DNA of 63,593 nt, counting the filler, from Cercozoa sp. M6MM (taxonomy: Eukaryota; Protista; Endomyxa: Ascetosporea): the NCBI GenBank assembly GCA_040357565.1. It is 16 parts of 16 records of this genome, joined end to end, with 100 filler letters (N's around TTAATTAATTAA, not from the genome) between each part and the next. Parts side by side here need not be neighbours in the genome. Positions count along the whole stretch, not along the records: positions 19,528 to 24,281 come from JBDODJ010001059.1; positions 24,382 to 27,485 come from JBDODJ010001608.1; positions 27,586 to 31,782 come from JBDODJ010001206.1; positions 31,883 to 35,288 come from JBDODJ010001475.1; positions 35,389 to 38,451 come from JBDODJ010001626.1; 11 more parts are not named here. One strand, 5' to 3'. Under the pieces are notes generated by a model. The model did not search any database and was not told the origin of the DNA. It was given only the letters and a program-made list of their open reading frames with translations. This document shows positions 22,778-35,404 of this stretch, piece after piece. The translations under genes were made by a program, and so were the position numbers. Each line of letters starts with the position of its first letter. Position 1 is the first letter of the stretch.

Positions 22778-24216
22778 ATGTCGGGCATGTTCTACGTCCA
22801 GCAGGGCGTTTTCCTGCCGAACTTTCCGCGAGGGCACCCGAACCTTGCGCTGAACATTCCTTCACGTGGCAGTGACGATGCGCGCACGTATGCTTGTGTC
22901 TGGGGGGGGGGGTAAGGGGGCAAAGGAGGAGTCTAGTTGTGTGTTACCTTGTGATTGCGGCAGTGTGACGGACGTGTGCTCGGCCTTCCTCAAGACGGAG
23001 GACAATTACGTCAACAATGTGCTGTTCCACCTGCGCAACCTCAAGCGGCGTCTTGAGCAGCTTGTGGTATTTTTACTGTCTTCATATATAGGGAGATATA
23101 ATATGTATATACGTATTAGGACACAAACCACCGCATCGTGGACCAGGAGATGATCGATCGAATCTTCCTCAACGTGCTGGACCTGGCGCAGTACTCAGAG
23201 GTACCGAGCCTACCTACCGCGACCCTATCGACCTACCCTCGATGCACATATAGGCACTGTTCCGTGACCTGGTGTTCCCGCGCTACCAGGGCGAGCCGCT
23301 GCCGCTGCTGATTGGTCAGGCACTGGCCAAGCACAGCGAGTACCTCAAGCTCTACCGCGTCTACATGATGGACTTCGAGAAGGCGTACCTCTCTCTGCTC
23401 GTATCCCTCTATCCATATTCCTCTATATGTGCATATGTGTCTGCACAGACTGCAGTTGTACCGCATGACGGCGCAGAAGAACCGCAAGTTCAAGGAGTTT
23501 ATCGAGGAGTACCAGGCCATCTCCAAGGTCAAGAGCGTGCGCGAACTGCTGCGCGAGCCGGCCAAGCGACTGCACGAGTACCTCACGGCCTGTGTCGCCA
23601 TCGAGCACAAGCTCAAGGGTGCCCCTTTGTCCCCTTTACCCCTTACCCTTACCAACTTATCCCGCCTCTTTTGTAGGTGCCGATGACACTGAGACACTGT
23701 CGAAGTTCCAGCGATGCGGAACGACGGTGCGCGACACGTACACCTTCGTGGTGCGCGAGCTGTGGGACATGCGCTCGCAGCGCATGATCGGGTACCCTAA
23801 CACTAGCCTTCCTATTTACCTCCTCCTCTCGATGTACCCCGCGTGTGCAGGTACTGTGAGAAGGTGATCTACAAGGAGCAGTACAGTCTACGGTCGACGT
23901 ACCGCAAGGTGCTGCGGTATGACATTCTGCAGAAGCAGTACGCGCGGCCGGACCGGCACAAGACGCCGACCAAGGATTACCTGCTTGTGGTGTTCAACGA
24001 CATGATCGTGTATGGCGAGGGCGACCTGACGCCGAGCTCGAAGTGCAAGATCAAGCACTGCATCCCACTGCAGGGCCTGCGCGTCACGGCACTCACCGAC
24101 GGCAGCAACGGCGTGCACAAGTGCGTTTGTCCCCCCCTCTTACCCCCCCCCCCCTTTACACCCCTTTTTGTCTCTCAGAGAGACGCAGTTCCCGATTCCG
24201 AAAAGTGCTTTCTCGG
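22778..24216 (+). CDS. RhoGEF with DH-PH domains; 3' partial
   Basis: FLKTEDNYVNNVL..IDRIFLNV..YLKLYRVYMMDFEK..LLREPAKRLHEY (DH); DYLLVVFNDMIVYG..KHCIPLQGLRV (PH). A 5'UTR intron lies at 22595-22777. Confidence 0.88.
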
Positions 24217-24444
24217 TGAGTCATCCCAAGTTCCGGCAGGACAAGGGCAAAAGTGACGCTGTGTTCTGGTAGAAGGACCTTNNNNNNNNNNNNNNNNNNN
24301 NNNNNNNNNNNNNNNNNNNNNNNNNTTAATTAATTAANNNNNNNNNNNNNNNNNNNNNNNNNNNNNNNNNNNNNNNNNNNNTGTTGGGATAGAGGTAGTT
24401 AGGGGGGGGGGCGCAGGGGGGGGGGGTAAAAGGGGGGGTAAAGC

Positions 24445-25960
24445 TACAGGCGTGTCCAGCGAGATGGCCTGCGGCATGACCGGTCGCCGGCGCACGAAGC
24501 CGTCGTCCTGCTGGCTGGAGGAACGCGAGGTGACCTCGCTCGAAACAACCTCGTTCGCAGCTGCCTTGTTTGTGACTGCCTTGTTCGAAACAACCTTGTC
24601 TGAAACAACCTTGTTCGAAACAACCTTATCGGAGTCGTCGGTGGGCTCGCTGGCCAGATCGACGACATCGTCCTCAATGTCAGGCATATCGACCTCGGGC
24701 ATATCGATCGATGGCATATCGATCTCGGGCATATCGATCTCGGGCATGTCGACCTCGTCTTGTTCCTCTTGTTGTTCCTCTTGTTCCCCTTGTCCTCCTT
24801 GTTTCGACGAGGACCTGGCGAACTCGGCCGGAATGCCGGCCTGACTCAGCGTGGGCATATCGATCATATCGATCTCCTGGCTCCGGTTCGCCCGGTCGCT
24901 CCGGTTCTCCGCGTCGCGCGGCGAGTCCTCGGCCTCGTCCCTGCCAGTGTCGAACTTGCCGGCAAAGCTACCACACACAGCACAAACACGGCGTGCCACA
25001 AGAGTCCAGATATCCTACACAATGACTGCAAAACAATCTTGCTACCTGGGATCATCGAGACCGAAGGACATCGACAGCGCCACAGACTTGTCTGCCTCCT
25101 CATTGACTGGCCGATCTTCTGGCACTGCACGCAGAGGCTTGCGCGCCGGTTCCGCTTCTTTCTTCTGTGACACACCACACATGTCATCGACACACAGGAC
25201 ACACGCGTATGCGGTCGACGCAAAGCACTGTACCGACTTGCGCTGCTGTCGCTTGCGACGCGAACCACCGCCGAATAGTCGCGGCGTGTTGCGAGGCTGT
25301 CAAGCACGCGAAACAACGGAGATAACACGAGGGACAGGTGTTTCTTTCGGAGTGCAGCACAAACCCAAAACTCACGTGTCACAGTCACACTCCAAAACAC
25401 AAGATTAATCAGCGGGCACCATGTAAAGCGTCTATATGCTGAATGGCTCAAATGGAACTTCACCAAATTAGTTCTCGCGCGCTGGGTTGGAAACAAAAAG
25501 CGCGGGAAAAATACACATAATTTTCCACCTGCCCAGGTCGCCGATTTTAACCATCTGTGGTCCGTACTTTACTCTGAGCATCTATGATCGCTCCACCTTA
25601 TTTAAGGTTACTTGTGGTGATTAGTGTTGCCTCGACCGGCCCATGATGCTGCGGATTGGAGATTTTTAATTTTATGTGCAGAAAACAAACCTAACCACTA
25701 GCCAATCAACTGCGAGCTGATTCCATTCAACTATCAAACCCACATTTCGCCTTTTACTAGATGTGGCTGTGGCTGGGATCGCTGACGCTCGCTCATTCAT
25801 TGTGAATTTGTGCGGTTCCATCGAACTTACCCTCTGAGATTTTTGCTTTTTGCTCTTCAAGCGAGACTGTCACCTTTGGCGTCGCGCTATGTGCTGTCTG
25901 GCGAACTCGCGACACCGATGTTTCCATCTGCTCCAAATTGAGTTCCTCGGCATCTGCCAT
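24445..25960 (-). CDS. Hypothetical low-complexity protein with (E/S)(I/V)DMP and NKVVS repeats; 3' partial
   Basis: A long exon at about 24445-24968 plus upstream exons; the 5' model is uncertain. Confidence 0.5.
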
Positions 25961-26162
25961 CGTGGCACGCTCCAGCACAGGCACGGTTGGCTGGGTTGGT
26001 GCCGCTGTTTCTCGAAATATTCGATGTCTTTCAGAAAAGTCGATTTTTCTGGGAAAGACGTACATTTTTCTAGAAATGGCCTTGCGACAGATATTAAGAA
26101 CCGGCTTAATACAGTAGTTGGTGCACTTTAGCAGACTCTTTTCTGCACCGAACACAAGTAAG

Positions 26163-27437
26163 ATGAGCGTCGACGTTGCCGCCAATCTCCGTGTTGTTCT
26201 GGGCCAGGTACAGCAAGTGTTTTGATTTTGTATCTGTCTTTGACCCGTGTGTTTGTGCCTCAGGCCCGCGCCGCGGCACAAAAGGCCGGCCGAGCCAACG
26301 TGCCGCGTAAGTGTTTTGTGTTTGTCCAGATGACGTCGCACCTCCTTTCGTGCTGCAGGACTGGTGGCCGTGTCGAAGCGCAAGCCGATCGAGCTGCTGC
26401 GCCAAGCCTACGACGCCGGGCAGCGCGTCTTTGGCGAGAACGTACGTCCCTGTCCCGTGCATGCTTTGTGTCATCCCGAACGAACTTTAAATTGCACAGT
26501 ATGTGCAAGAACTTGAGTCGAAAGCGCCGCACTTGCCTGCTGATATCGAATGGTACGTTTCTCCCAACTATGACTGTTTTTTTTTAAACTGGATTAACTG
26601 ACCCTCATTACCGAGCGCAGGCACTTTATCGGTCACCTGCAGCGTAACAAATGCAACAAACTGCTAAAGTGCATGCCTTCTCCTGAGGTAGAGAACACTC
26701 AAAGGTTTGTCTGGGCTCAGTTTGTTTTTCAGTTTTTATTTTTGTTTTCCAACTTTTCGACTTTGAGTTGTTTCGAGTTTGTCCGAGTAGTTTAAACAGT
26801 TACATGTTGTTTAAAAAGACGCGTCTCGTGGTGGAAACCGTCGACTCGACGCGACTGGCAGATGCACTAAACGTACATAGTTTCTTTCTTTTGCCTTGCG
26901 TGTGTTTAACGAGAGAGGTACACGATGCGTACTGCAGAAAAGTGCAAGCACAGTGGAGCATGGTGTGGTCGACGTGTTCGTTCAAGTGAACACGTCAGCC
27001 GATGTCGAGAGCACCAAGAACGGCGTGCTGCCTGAGGTGTCTTTCATCCCTGCTCCCCTTACCCTTGCCCTACCCCTTCCCTTTACCCCCTTACTTTTAC
27101 CCTTACCCTTACCCCTACCCTTACCCTTACCCCTACCCTTACCCNNNNNNNNNNTACCCTTACCCTTACCCCTACCCTTACCCTTACCCCTACCCTTACC
27201 CTTACCCTTACCCTTACCTTTACTCTTACCCTACCCGTACCTTACCCATATTTTTACCCTTACCTTTACCCTTACCCTTAATCCTTCTCCCTTATTTTTT
27301 GCCTTCCCCCCGTCTAGCCCCTTTACATCCCCCCGTTATGCAGGACGCAGTAGAGGTGGCAGCGCACATTCACCACGATTGCGAACGACTGCGTCTGCGT
27401 GGTCTCATGACGATTGGCGCGCCTGGACCTGATGCTG
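26163..27437 (+). CDS. PLPBP: Pyridoxal phosphate homeostasis protein (YggS/PROSC); 3' partial
   Basis: LVAVSKRKP, GQRVFGENYVQEL, WHFIGHLQRNK, VETVDS, VFVQVNTS and LRGLMTIG across 8 exons. Confidence 0.95.
27055..27280. repeat. Intronic telomere-like (TACCCT/TACCCC)n array
   Basis: Tandem hexamers with an internal 10-N gap, in a PLPBP intron. Confidence 0.9.
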
Positions 27438-27591
27438 GTGCCTTCTTTACCCCCTACCCTTTTACCCTTTTACCCTTTTTCTTTTNNNNNNNNNNNNNNN
27501 NNNNNNNNNNNNNNNNNNNNNNNNNNNNNTTAATTAATTAANNNNNNNNNNNNNNNNNNNNNNNNNNNNNNNNNNNNNNNNNNNNCCCCCA

Positions 27592-27857
27592 GAGGCACCA
27601 AGCGTTCCTGCAACATGATGGCCTTCAACGTGCTGGCCAGCGCGATTCGAAAGTCACCAACACTCGCTTTCGACGTCACTGACGGCGCTCTCGGTGGTAC
27701 ATATGGACTGCTCACTTCTTCTTTTAAACAAAGGGAGTGCTGCGTCATTTTAGTCGAGTCGTCCGACCACAACGACTGTGCCGTGTATGCCGGCTCGCCC
27801 TTCGTGTCGCGCTTTAAGTATGCCGATCGCTGTGGTGCCATTGTGTTCCACAAGTAA
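27592..27857 (+). CDS. Small hypothetical protein, C-terminal fragment
   Basis: Two exons ending ...RFKYADRCGAIVFHK*. Confidence 0.5.
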
Positions 27858-28205
27858 CTCGTCTCTGTCACATATTCCGGCCACTAAGGCGAAAAAAAAC
27901 AATTGCCTAATTATGCTTAAGTTTGGCACCAATGTCTTCCTATGCACACATACACACACGTGCACACACGTGTGTTCAGTTTTAGTGCAACCAAAATTCG
28001 CGGGACATGACATTTAAGCGGGACGGGCTGCCAGTCCCAACGGACTTCTGTACGGGCCACACGCTCTGGTGTTTCCTTTACACAGCACGGTGTGCACCTC
28101 AGGCTCACTGCAAGTGAAGTGTAGGTGGAGAAAGGAAGCTCTCCAGAGGGTCGTTTGGGTCACTGGGTGACCAAGCCCCAATCACAAAAATACAAAAAAC
28201 CACTG

Positions 28206-31200
28206 ATGCAAGAACCGCTGATCGCGCCAGCTCGGCGCAGCAAGACGCCCCTAGTCGTTGCTGGGTATCCCCGTGTTTTTTGCACTTTTCTCTGCCTGAC
28301 TGAAGTTGGTTGTTGCAGACTCGCCGTGCTGACTGTGTATGTCGTCGTTGTGGCGCTCATGTGGGACCACTATGGGTTCTCATTCGATACCGAGAAGGAA
28401 CAGCCGGCCACGCTGATTATGACTGTCGGTGGTATCGCTTTGGCTTTCAGTGTTTTCAGTTTTTTTTTTGCTGTCAGTTTTGCTTTCAGTTCTGTAGCTT
28501 TCAGTTCTGTAGCTTTCGCTTTCAGTTCTGTAGCTTTCGCTTTCAGTTCTGTTAGAGTTGTTCGGAGTCGTGGCTTTTGTGATCAGGACTGGCCGTCTCG
28601 CTCTACGTGCTCGACTGGCTCCGCGACTCGTACAAAGCGAGCGCATATCGCGAAGGCGAAAGCGAAAGCGAAATCAGCGAGGTCGATAAGAAGCTGCAGC
28701 GACCCGAGTTGGATACTCTTGCTTTGGTGCCTTCGAAAGCTGCTTGAGTTTCTTGTTGTGCTCGATTAAAAGCTGTGTTGTGTGCAGGAGGACTTCCGTG
28801 GAATCGTGGCGCCGACTGTTCGTCAGGCAGCTCGCAAAACGTAAACTTGATAAAACCAAAGGTTTGTCCACTGTACCGTTCGTTTGTACAACCGTGCGTA
28901 TAGATGGGAACACGAACAGCGCGACTCGACTGCTGTGCAAAGCGACGTCTTGTTCAACTCGTTCTGCGCCAACTACGCCGTGCAGCTGCTGTACTCAACT
29001 CAACTCAACTCAACTCAACTCAACTCAACTCAACTCAACTCAATTCAACTCGACTCAACTCAACTCAACTCAACTCAGCTCTACTCAACTCTACTCAACT
29101 CAACTCAACCCACTCAACTCAACTTGTGCAGATCTCAAGCGACGAGTCGCTGCAACGTCCTGTCGCTCGTGTCGCTTGATGCTCACTACGGCTCGCACTC
29201 GTGGGTAGCTCCGTCAGTTTTCACCCTTTACCCCACACCGTTTTTACCCCCTGTTAACAATCAGCAAGCTCGCATGTACCGCGTGCTGCAGTCTGCGCGG
29301 TATCGCACCCTTAGCCTTCTGTGTGCCCCAATGCCCGTATACCCCCTATGTACCCCGTATACCCCCAGGTACCGCGTGTTCCTGCACCTGGTGGTGATGG
29401 CGCACATCTTGCTCGCCTTTGCCGAGAGCGCCGATCGGTCCGACGGCGGTCTGTCGTCGCCTTTCTCGCTGTGGCGCACGCTCGTGTAGCTTTACCCCCC
29501 TATTTACCCCCTCCCCCTATTTACCCCCCTATTTACCCCCCCCCCCCCGCAGTGAGTCGGCGTTGCTGCTGGTGGAGATTCTCGACGTCTCGCTGCGACT
29601 GTTCTTTGCTTTCGCTGCGCGCAACTGCACCGAGAATGTTCTGTCGCCGTCCTTGTACAGTTTGGTCTTTCTGGCGCCCCCTTAACAGCGCCCTTAACTG
29701 AGTGGATTTGAGATATTCTGTAGTCGTCGCAAGCAGCGCATTTTGCACGCTGCCATTGTGGGCTGGATGGTGTTTGGTGCGTTTACCCCCCCCCCCTTTA
29801 CCCCCTTGTTTATCCCTCTGTTTACCCCCTGTTTATCCCTCCCTGTGACAGACTTGATCCTGCAGCTGACGATGGAGATCTCGCTTGGTGCATTTCTCCT
29901 TGTGGATGGGAAATACGACAAAGACATACCATGTCTATGTATGTATGTATGTGTATGTTTGTATGTTTGTATGTATAGATGTATGTTGTATGTATGTTGT
30001 ATGTATGTATATATCGTATGTATGTGTGTTTGTAAGTATATGTATGTATATGTATGTGTGTATGTATGTATGTATTTATATGTATGTGTGTATGTATGTC
30101 TGTATGTATGTATATATGTATGTCTGTATGTATGTGTGTATGCATATATATGTATGTATGTGTATGCATATATATGTATGGATATATGAATATGCTTATA
30201 TATATATATATGTATGTATGTATGTATATGTATGCAGGTGTAGAATAAATATATATATATATGTACATGAATGTGTATAGATATCTACACATGTGTATAT
30301 ATCTACACATGTCTGTCTGTGTCTGTATATCAAAATGACGCAGAGTACGTGGTGCCGGTGCGACCGATTCTGCTGGTGCTCATCAACGATCGCGCTGGTA
30401 CCGTCGGTCTTTACCCCCCCTCCCTTTTGTACCCACCCACGCCCGTGTAGATACCCACACATGTGCAGCCAGTGGAGTCGCTGATAGGATTCTGCGCATC
30501 GGTGGTGGCGGCGGCTGATCTGGTAGGACAGGACGGACAAACTTGTTTGGCAGTAAGACACGCAGGCAGTAAGGCTGTGTGTGTGTGTGTACAGTTCGGC
30601 ATGTACGCCTTGTTCATTGTGGTGTGCGCGATCTTGGGAACGCTGCACTTTCATTCGGTGTGGTCGCCGGATGGTGTTTACCCCCTTGTCCCCCTGCCAT
30701 GTTATCCCATGCTACCACCCTTGTTACCCTTTACCCCCCCCCCCCCTCCCCCAGACGACAACGACGACGTGGTGAGCGTGAAAAATCGCTTCGCCAACGT
30801 TGTGGAATCCTTCATGTCCATGTTCACCTACATCACCACCAACGAGAACTACAGGTTTACCCCCCTGTTTACCCCCCTGTTTACCCCCCTGTTTACCCCC
30901 CCCCCTGCGAGCAGTGACGTGACGTACCCGGGAGTGGAGGCGTATCCGACGTCGATCGTGTTCGTCGTGTTCATGACGATTCTCGGTTCGATGCTGCTCG
31001 TGGCCATGGTACGCGGCTTTACCCCCCCCTCGTTTACCCCTATTTACTGCATCTCTTACCCCCTGTTTACCCCATTTACTCCCCCCCTCCCCCTATTGTT
31101 TAGCCCCCTATTGACCCACCTATTTACCTACCTTTTTACCTACCTTTTTACCTACCTATTTACCTACCTATTTACCTACCTATTTACCTACCTATTTACC

Positions 31201-31748
31201 TACCTATTTACCTACCTATTTACCCATTTGTTGCCCCTCTGTTTATCACCCGATACCCCCCAGTTGACCCCTTGTTTACCGTCTCTGTACTGCGCAGGTG
31301 ACGGGCGTGTTCGAGAACGCGTTCGCGGAGCAGCAGACGGCGATGCTGCGGCGCTGGCGACTGTTCGAGCGCGCCGGCATCGTGGCCGCGCACTGCCTCG
31401 TCGACCTGGACGACTCGCACGAGGTACACTGCTGTCCAAATGGACTGGGTCTGGACTGGTGTGTCCAACTGGACTGGTGTACAAATGGACTGGACCCCAT
31501 GGGACGCACAGGTGTCGCGACAGGAGTTCGAAGGTTTCGTGACGGCACTGCGGCCGGAACTGCGCGACTCACTGCGTACACACACACGTTTTTTGTTAAG
31601 GGGGTGTTGTCTGTGCAGTTAAGGGTCTGCTAGGGTTGGTTAAGGGTCTGTTTTTGGTTAAGGGAGACTTGTGTGCGTGTGCGCAGAGTACGACGAGTTG
31701 GACAGCGATCGCAACGAGCAGCTCGACGTGGTCGAATTCGTTTCGGGG
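28206..31748 (+). CDS. Two-pore channel (TPC) with EF-hand linker; 3' partial
   Basis: S1-S6 hydrophobic exons, pore FANVVESFMSMFTYITTNENYSDV, S6 GSMLLVAMVTGVFENAF, then EF-hand loops DLDDSHEVSRQEF and DSDRNEQLDVVEF. Confidence 0.8.
28994..29122. repeat. Intronic (CTCAA)n microsatellite
   Basis: Pentamer array in a TPC intron. Confidence 0.92.
29935..30320. repeat. Intronic (TATG)/(TA) microsatellite
   Basis: Degenerate TATG array in a TPC intron. Confidence 0.9.
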
Positions 31749-31922
31749 GTAACATGGGTCCACAGGGGGGGGGGGGGGAAAANNNNNNNNNNNNNNNNNN
31801 NNNNNNNNNNNNNNNNNNNNNNNNNNTTAATTAATTAANNNNNNNNNNNNNNNNNNNNNNNNNNNNNNNNNNNNNNNNNNNNGGGGGTGAAAAGGGGGGT
31901 AAAAGGGGGACGATAAAGCACC

Positions 31923-33416
31923 CAGGAACTGCCGACAGTTGGCGCGCATGTGCGACATGACAGGCGCGAACCAGTCGGCCACGACGGCCGCCGACGGCAG
32001 GCGCGGAAACTGCAGCGCCACGGCGGCCTCCGTCACGTGCCACTCGCGTCCGCGCACGTCCTCCGTCAGCGCGTCCTCCGGCACCTCCTAGGGGTAAACA
32101 TGGGGGTAAACAGAGGGGTAAACAGAGAGGTAAACAGGCAGGTAACAGGGGGGTAAACAGGGGTAAACAGGGGGATAGACAGGCAGGTAACAGAGGGATA
32201 AACAGGCAGGTAACAGGGGGATAAACAGGGGGTAAACAGGGGGGGGATAAACAGGGGGGTAAACAGGGGGGTAAACAGGGGGGTAAACAGGGGGGTAACA
32301 GGGGGGGTAAACAGGGGGGGTACACAGTAGAAGATACCAATCGCTTCTTGGCCTTGTGAATGCTCTGCTGCACGAATTTGCGTCTTTCGTCATTTTTCGC
32401 GATCCACGCGGACACAGGATCCTGCAGCAGCAGCGACCGCTCGTCGTCGTGCGCGCCGCCGCTTTTCTGCTTCCTCTTTCGCAGGCGTCGCGCCTGTCGC
32501 GCCTGCTCGAGTCGCGCGTTGAGTTCCTCCGCGCTTCGCTCGCACAGGATGTGGAACTCAAAGTCGCCTGCACCCACAGCAAAGCAATTCCCAAAGCAAA
32601 GCAATTCCCAAAGCAAAGCAATTCCCAAAGCAAAGCAACTGTCAACTCAACTCAACTTAACTCAACTCAAAAGCAAAGCAACCCTCAACCCAAAAGCAAA
32701 GCAAAACTTACCGAGCGGATACTCCTTGGCAACGGCGCGCTTCCTTTTCGGTTCTTCGTCGCTTCGCTTCTTTCGTCCTGTGCATACACACACACATCTA
32801 TGTTGCTCAAGTGGTACAAAGCTATCCCAAAAGCTGCGTCGCAGTTTCATCGAAGCAAGCTTGCACAGCAGAAGCTACGCTTGGAAGGGGCTTCGTCGGG
32901 CGACGACTTTTTCGACTTCTTGCGAGTCGACTGGCGACGCGGCATTTTCTTCTTTCGCTGTCGCGCCAGGTGGCGTCTGTTGCACCCCCCAAAAACCTTA
33001 AACATTACCAGAAAGCAAAAAAGAAACAGGCCAAAGCACTTGGGAGCAAAGTCCTCATCGTTAGAGTCGTCGTCCGAGTCGCTTTCGCTCGCGATGGTGC
33101 TGCTCGTATCGTCGTTGTCGCTGCTCTCTTCTTCCGGCTGCTCTGATGACTCTTCCTCCTCGTAGTCATCACTAAACCAAAACAGAATCATCCCACACAC
33201 CAAAACGAAACTGCAAGGTCCAGACTCACTCGGACGGCGGCTTTGGCTGCGCCACGCGGCGTCGGTAGCGTCGTTTCGGTCGCTGAGGAGCATCTGATGC
33301 CGTTGCGCCTGCTTTAAGCTGTCTGTGCACGTACGGCATTCTTCTGTTTTCCCATCATGTATCAACCCAGGGAAAAACACTCACCGGCGCGTCTTGGTTC
33401 TACGGACACGCACCAT
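31923..33416 (-). CDS. Hypothetical protein with acidic and basic tracts; 3' partial
   Basis: MVRVRRTKTR..., multi-exon, with an acidic stretch DDYEEEESSEQ.. and basic RRLRKRKQK. Confidence 0.65.
32090..32320. repeat. Intronic minisatellite (GGGGTAAACAG; CTGTTTACCCC on the sense strand)
   Basis: Tandem 11-12-mers. Confidence 0.9.
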
Positions 33417-34346
33417 CCCGCCGTCTGCAAGGAAGCAAATGTACCATGATACAGAAAAAAAACAAAATGATGAACCTGCACAACCCGGTGGAGCCAAAAG
33501 CAATCCAGTTTTTAACTGTCAAGCGACCCACAAATCCAAAACCGAGGGAAACTCAGCAGCTCTCCGAGTCTAACGTCCAAACACACCGTAATGACGAGAT
33601 CTGTGGCGCACGAAGCCGGACCTGATGCGTGATGTTACTTAAGCAGCAAGGGACCTCCGCCATTGTCCGCGGCTACAGGTGGTACATGTGTACAGTACTG
33701 TTGTACCGTTCGACCAGTACCCCCCCCCCCCCCCTCAGCCTCTTTTTTGGGACAAGCTCCGGAACTGCATGGCAAAACAAAAGCTTTGCACTTTCATGTG
33801 GACTACCTCCTGAAGTAGACAACAAAAAACGGCGCTGTCTGCAGAATGATCATGAATGCTCCAGACGGTTGATTGTCTGCAGCCTGACTGGAGTAACTGT
33901 TTCAAGTAGTCTCTGACTGGACGACTTGTTGCTCCAGCACAGGACTTACTGTATAAGTTTCTTGCTTTAGCCCGTGCCTGCTGAGCAAGTGCTACCTGGT
34001 CAGCAGACAGGCCCGTGCCAAGTGTGCGACATCGGTTCCAATCAGTTTTTTGGTGTGCTTGTCCTTTTGGTGACAAGCCTTGTCATCGCATCCCGATATG
34101 ACGAACAAAACCGCGGGTGCCCGCCTCCGCAATCTCCTGTACGTTTTGGATACTTGCATGTGTGCCAGACACTGTTTCATGGCAATGATGACCGGTTTCA
34201 GAATGACGGTTTGTGCGGTTGTGGGCGCGGCCGGAGCATGGTAAACTGGTCCGAGTTCGACCTGTGTGCAGCTCTTTCAGCGATGAGTGAACTAATTCGG
34301 CCTGTGTGTGCAGCTATCTCCTAAACATTAATCGCATCAACATGCG

Positions 34347-35228
34347 ATGGTGTCAGCGGTACCAACAAATTCCTTGAATTTTTCGCATACTAAATTTAAC
34401 TTAAGATACAAGTTTAGACGTGGACCCGACCTGTTGCACGCCGTCGAGGACTATTCCTCCGTGGCGCTGCATCGCACCTCCCAGATCGCAGTCACCGTGG
34501 TACTATATCAATGTGCTCAAGAGAGGGACAGAGATGTATGGGGATGGTAAGTTAACAGGCAGGCGTGTTTGACCCGTCCAACACGTCGCTCGCCCTTGCA
34601 GCCGAACGTCTCGACTTGACGGGTGAGGCAGTGTCTGTCGGAGTGTCTGTCAGTGTCGATCAGTGTGCTGTTGACATGACAGATTCGAACAACGTCATCA
34701 GCGACATGTGGCGGCAGATTCACACGCGCGATGTGCTGCCTCTGAAGGAGGTGCCTCTGCCTACGTATGATATGATGTATTTAAAGTGTACAGGTATATG
34801 CATTGGTGTAGAAAGTGCAATCTGAGCATGCCGCTGATGCTGCTCCGACGCTGGTTAAACGTACAGTGAATTTTGGGCTGTGTCCCCGTGCCCTCAGTTT
34901 TCTGTTCTACATCGGTACCCTGGGACAGAGTTCAACGAGGTCTACTGGCCCTTCTCGGAGGTGCAGGGCGCTCGAGAGGTGCGCACGATCGACACGTTCG
35001 AAGTAGAGCGGTACTGTCTGTGATTTTGTCTTGGTCTTTATGTCAAGTGAGTATACATGCATACATAATGTATAGTATATATATATATATATATATATAC
35101 ATGTGTATATATAATATAAATTTATATATAGCAACAAGGGCAACACAAACGCCTCACTAGAAGCGGCCACTCTGATGACGCAAGATGATGCCGATGGTTA
35201 CACCTACTGGGACGTGCGGCACCTCCTG
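34347..35228 (+). CDS. Hypothetical protein; 3' partial
   Basis: Several GT-AG-flanked exons (e.g. VFDPSNTSLALAAERLDL..., EFNEVYWPFSEV...). Confidence 0.5.
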
Positions 35229-35249
35229 TGTACGTGTGTTTATTGTGCG

Positions 35250-35288
<39 letters not shown>

Positions 35289-35404
35289 NNNNNNNNNNNN
35301 NNNNNNNNNNNNNNNNNNNNNNNNNNNNNNNNTTAATTAATTAANNNNNNNNNNNNNNNNNNNNNNNNNNNNNNNNNNNNNNNNNNNNGGGGGGTAAGAT
35401 TACA

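Noticed and set aside
27592-27857. LAMTOR5/roadblock-like identity for the short C-terminal fragment
   Set aside because: The resemblance is limited to the last few residues (IVFHK), which is insufficient.
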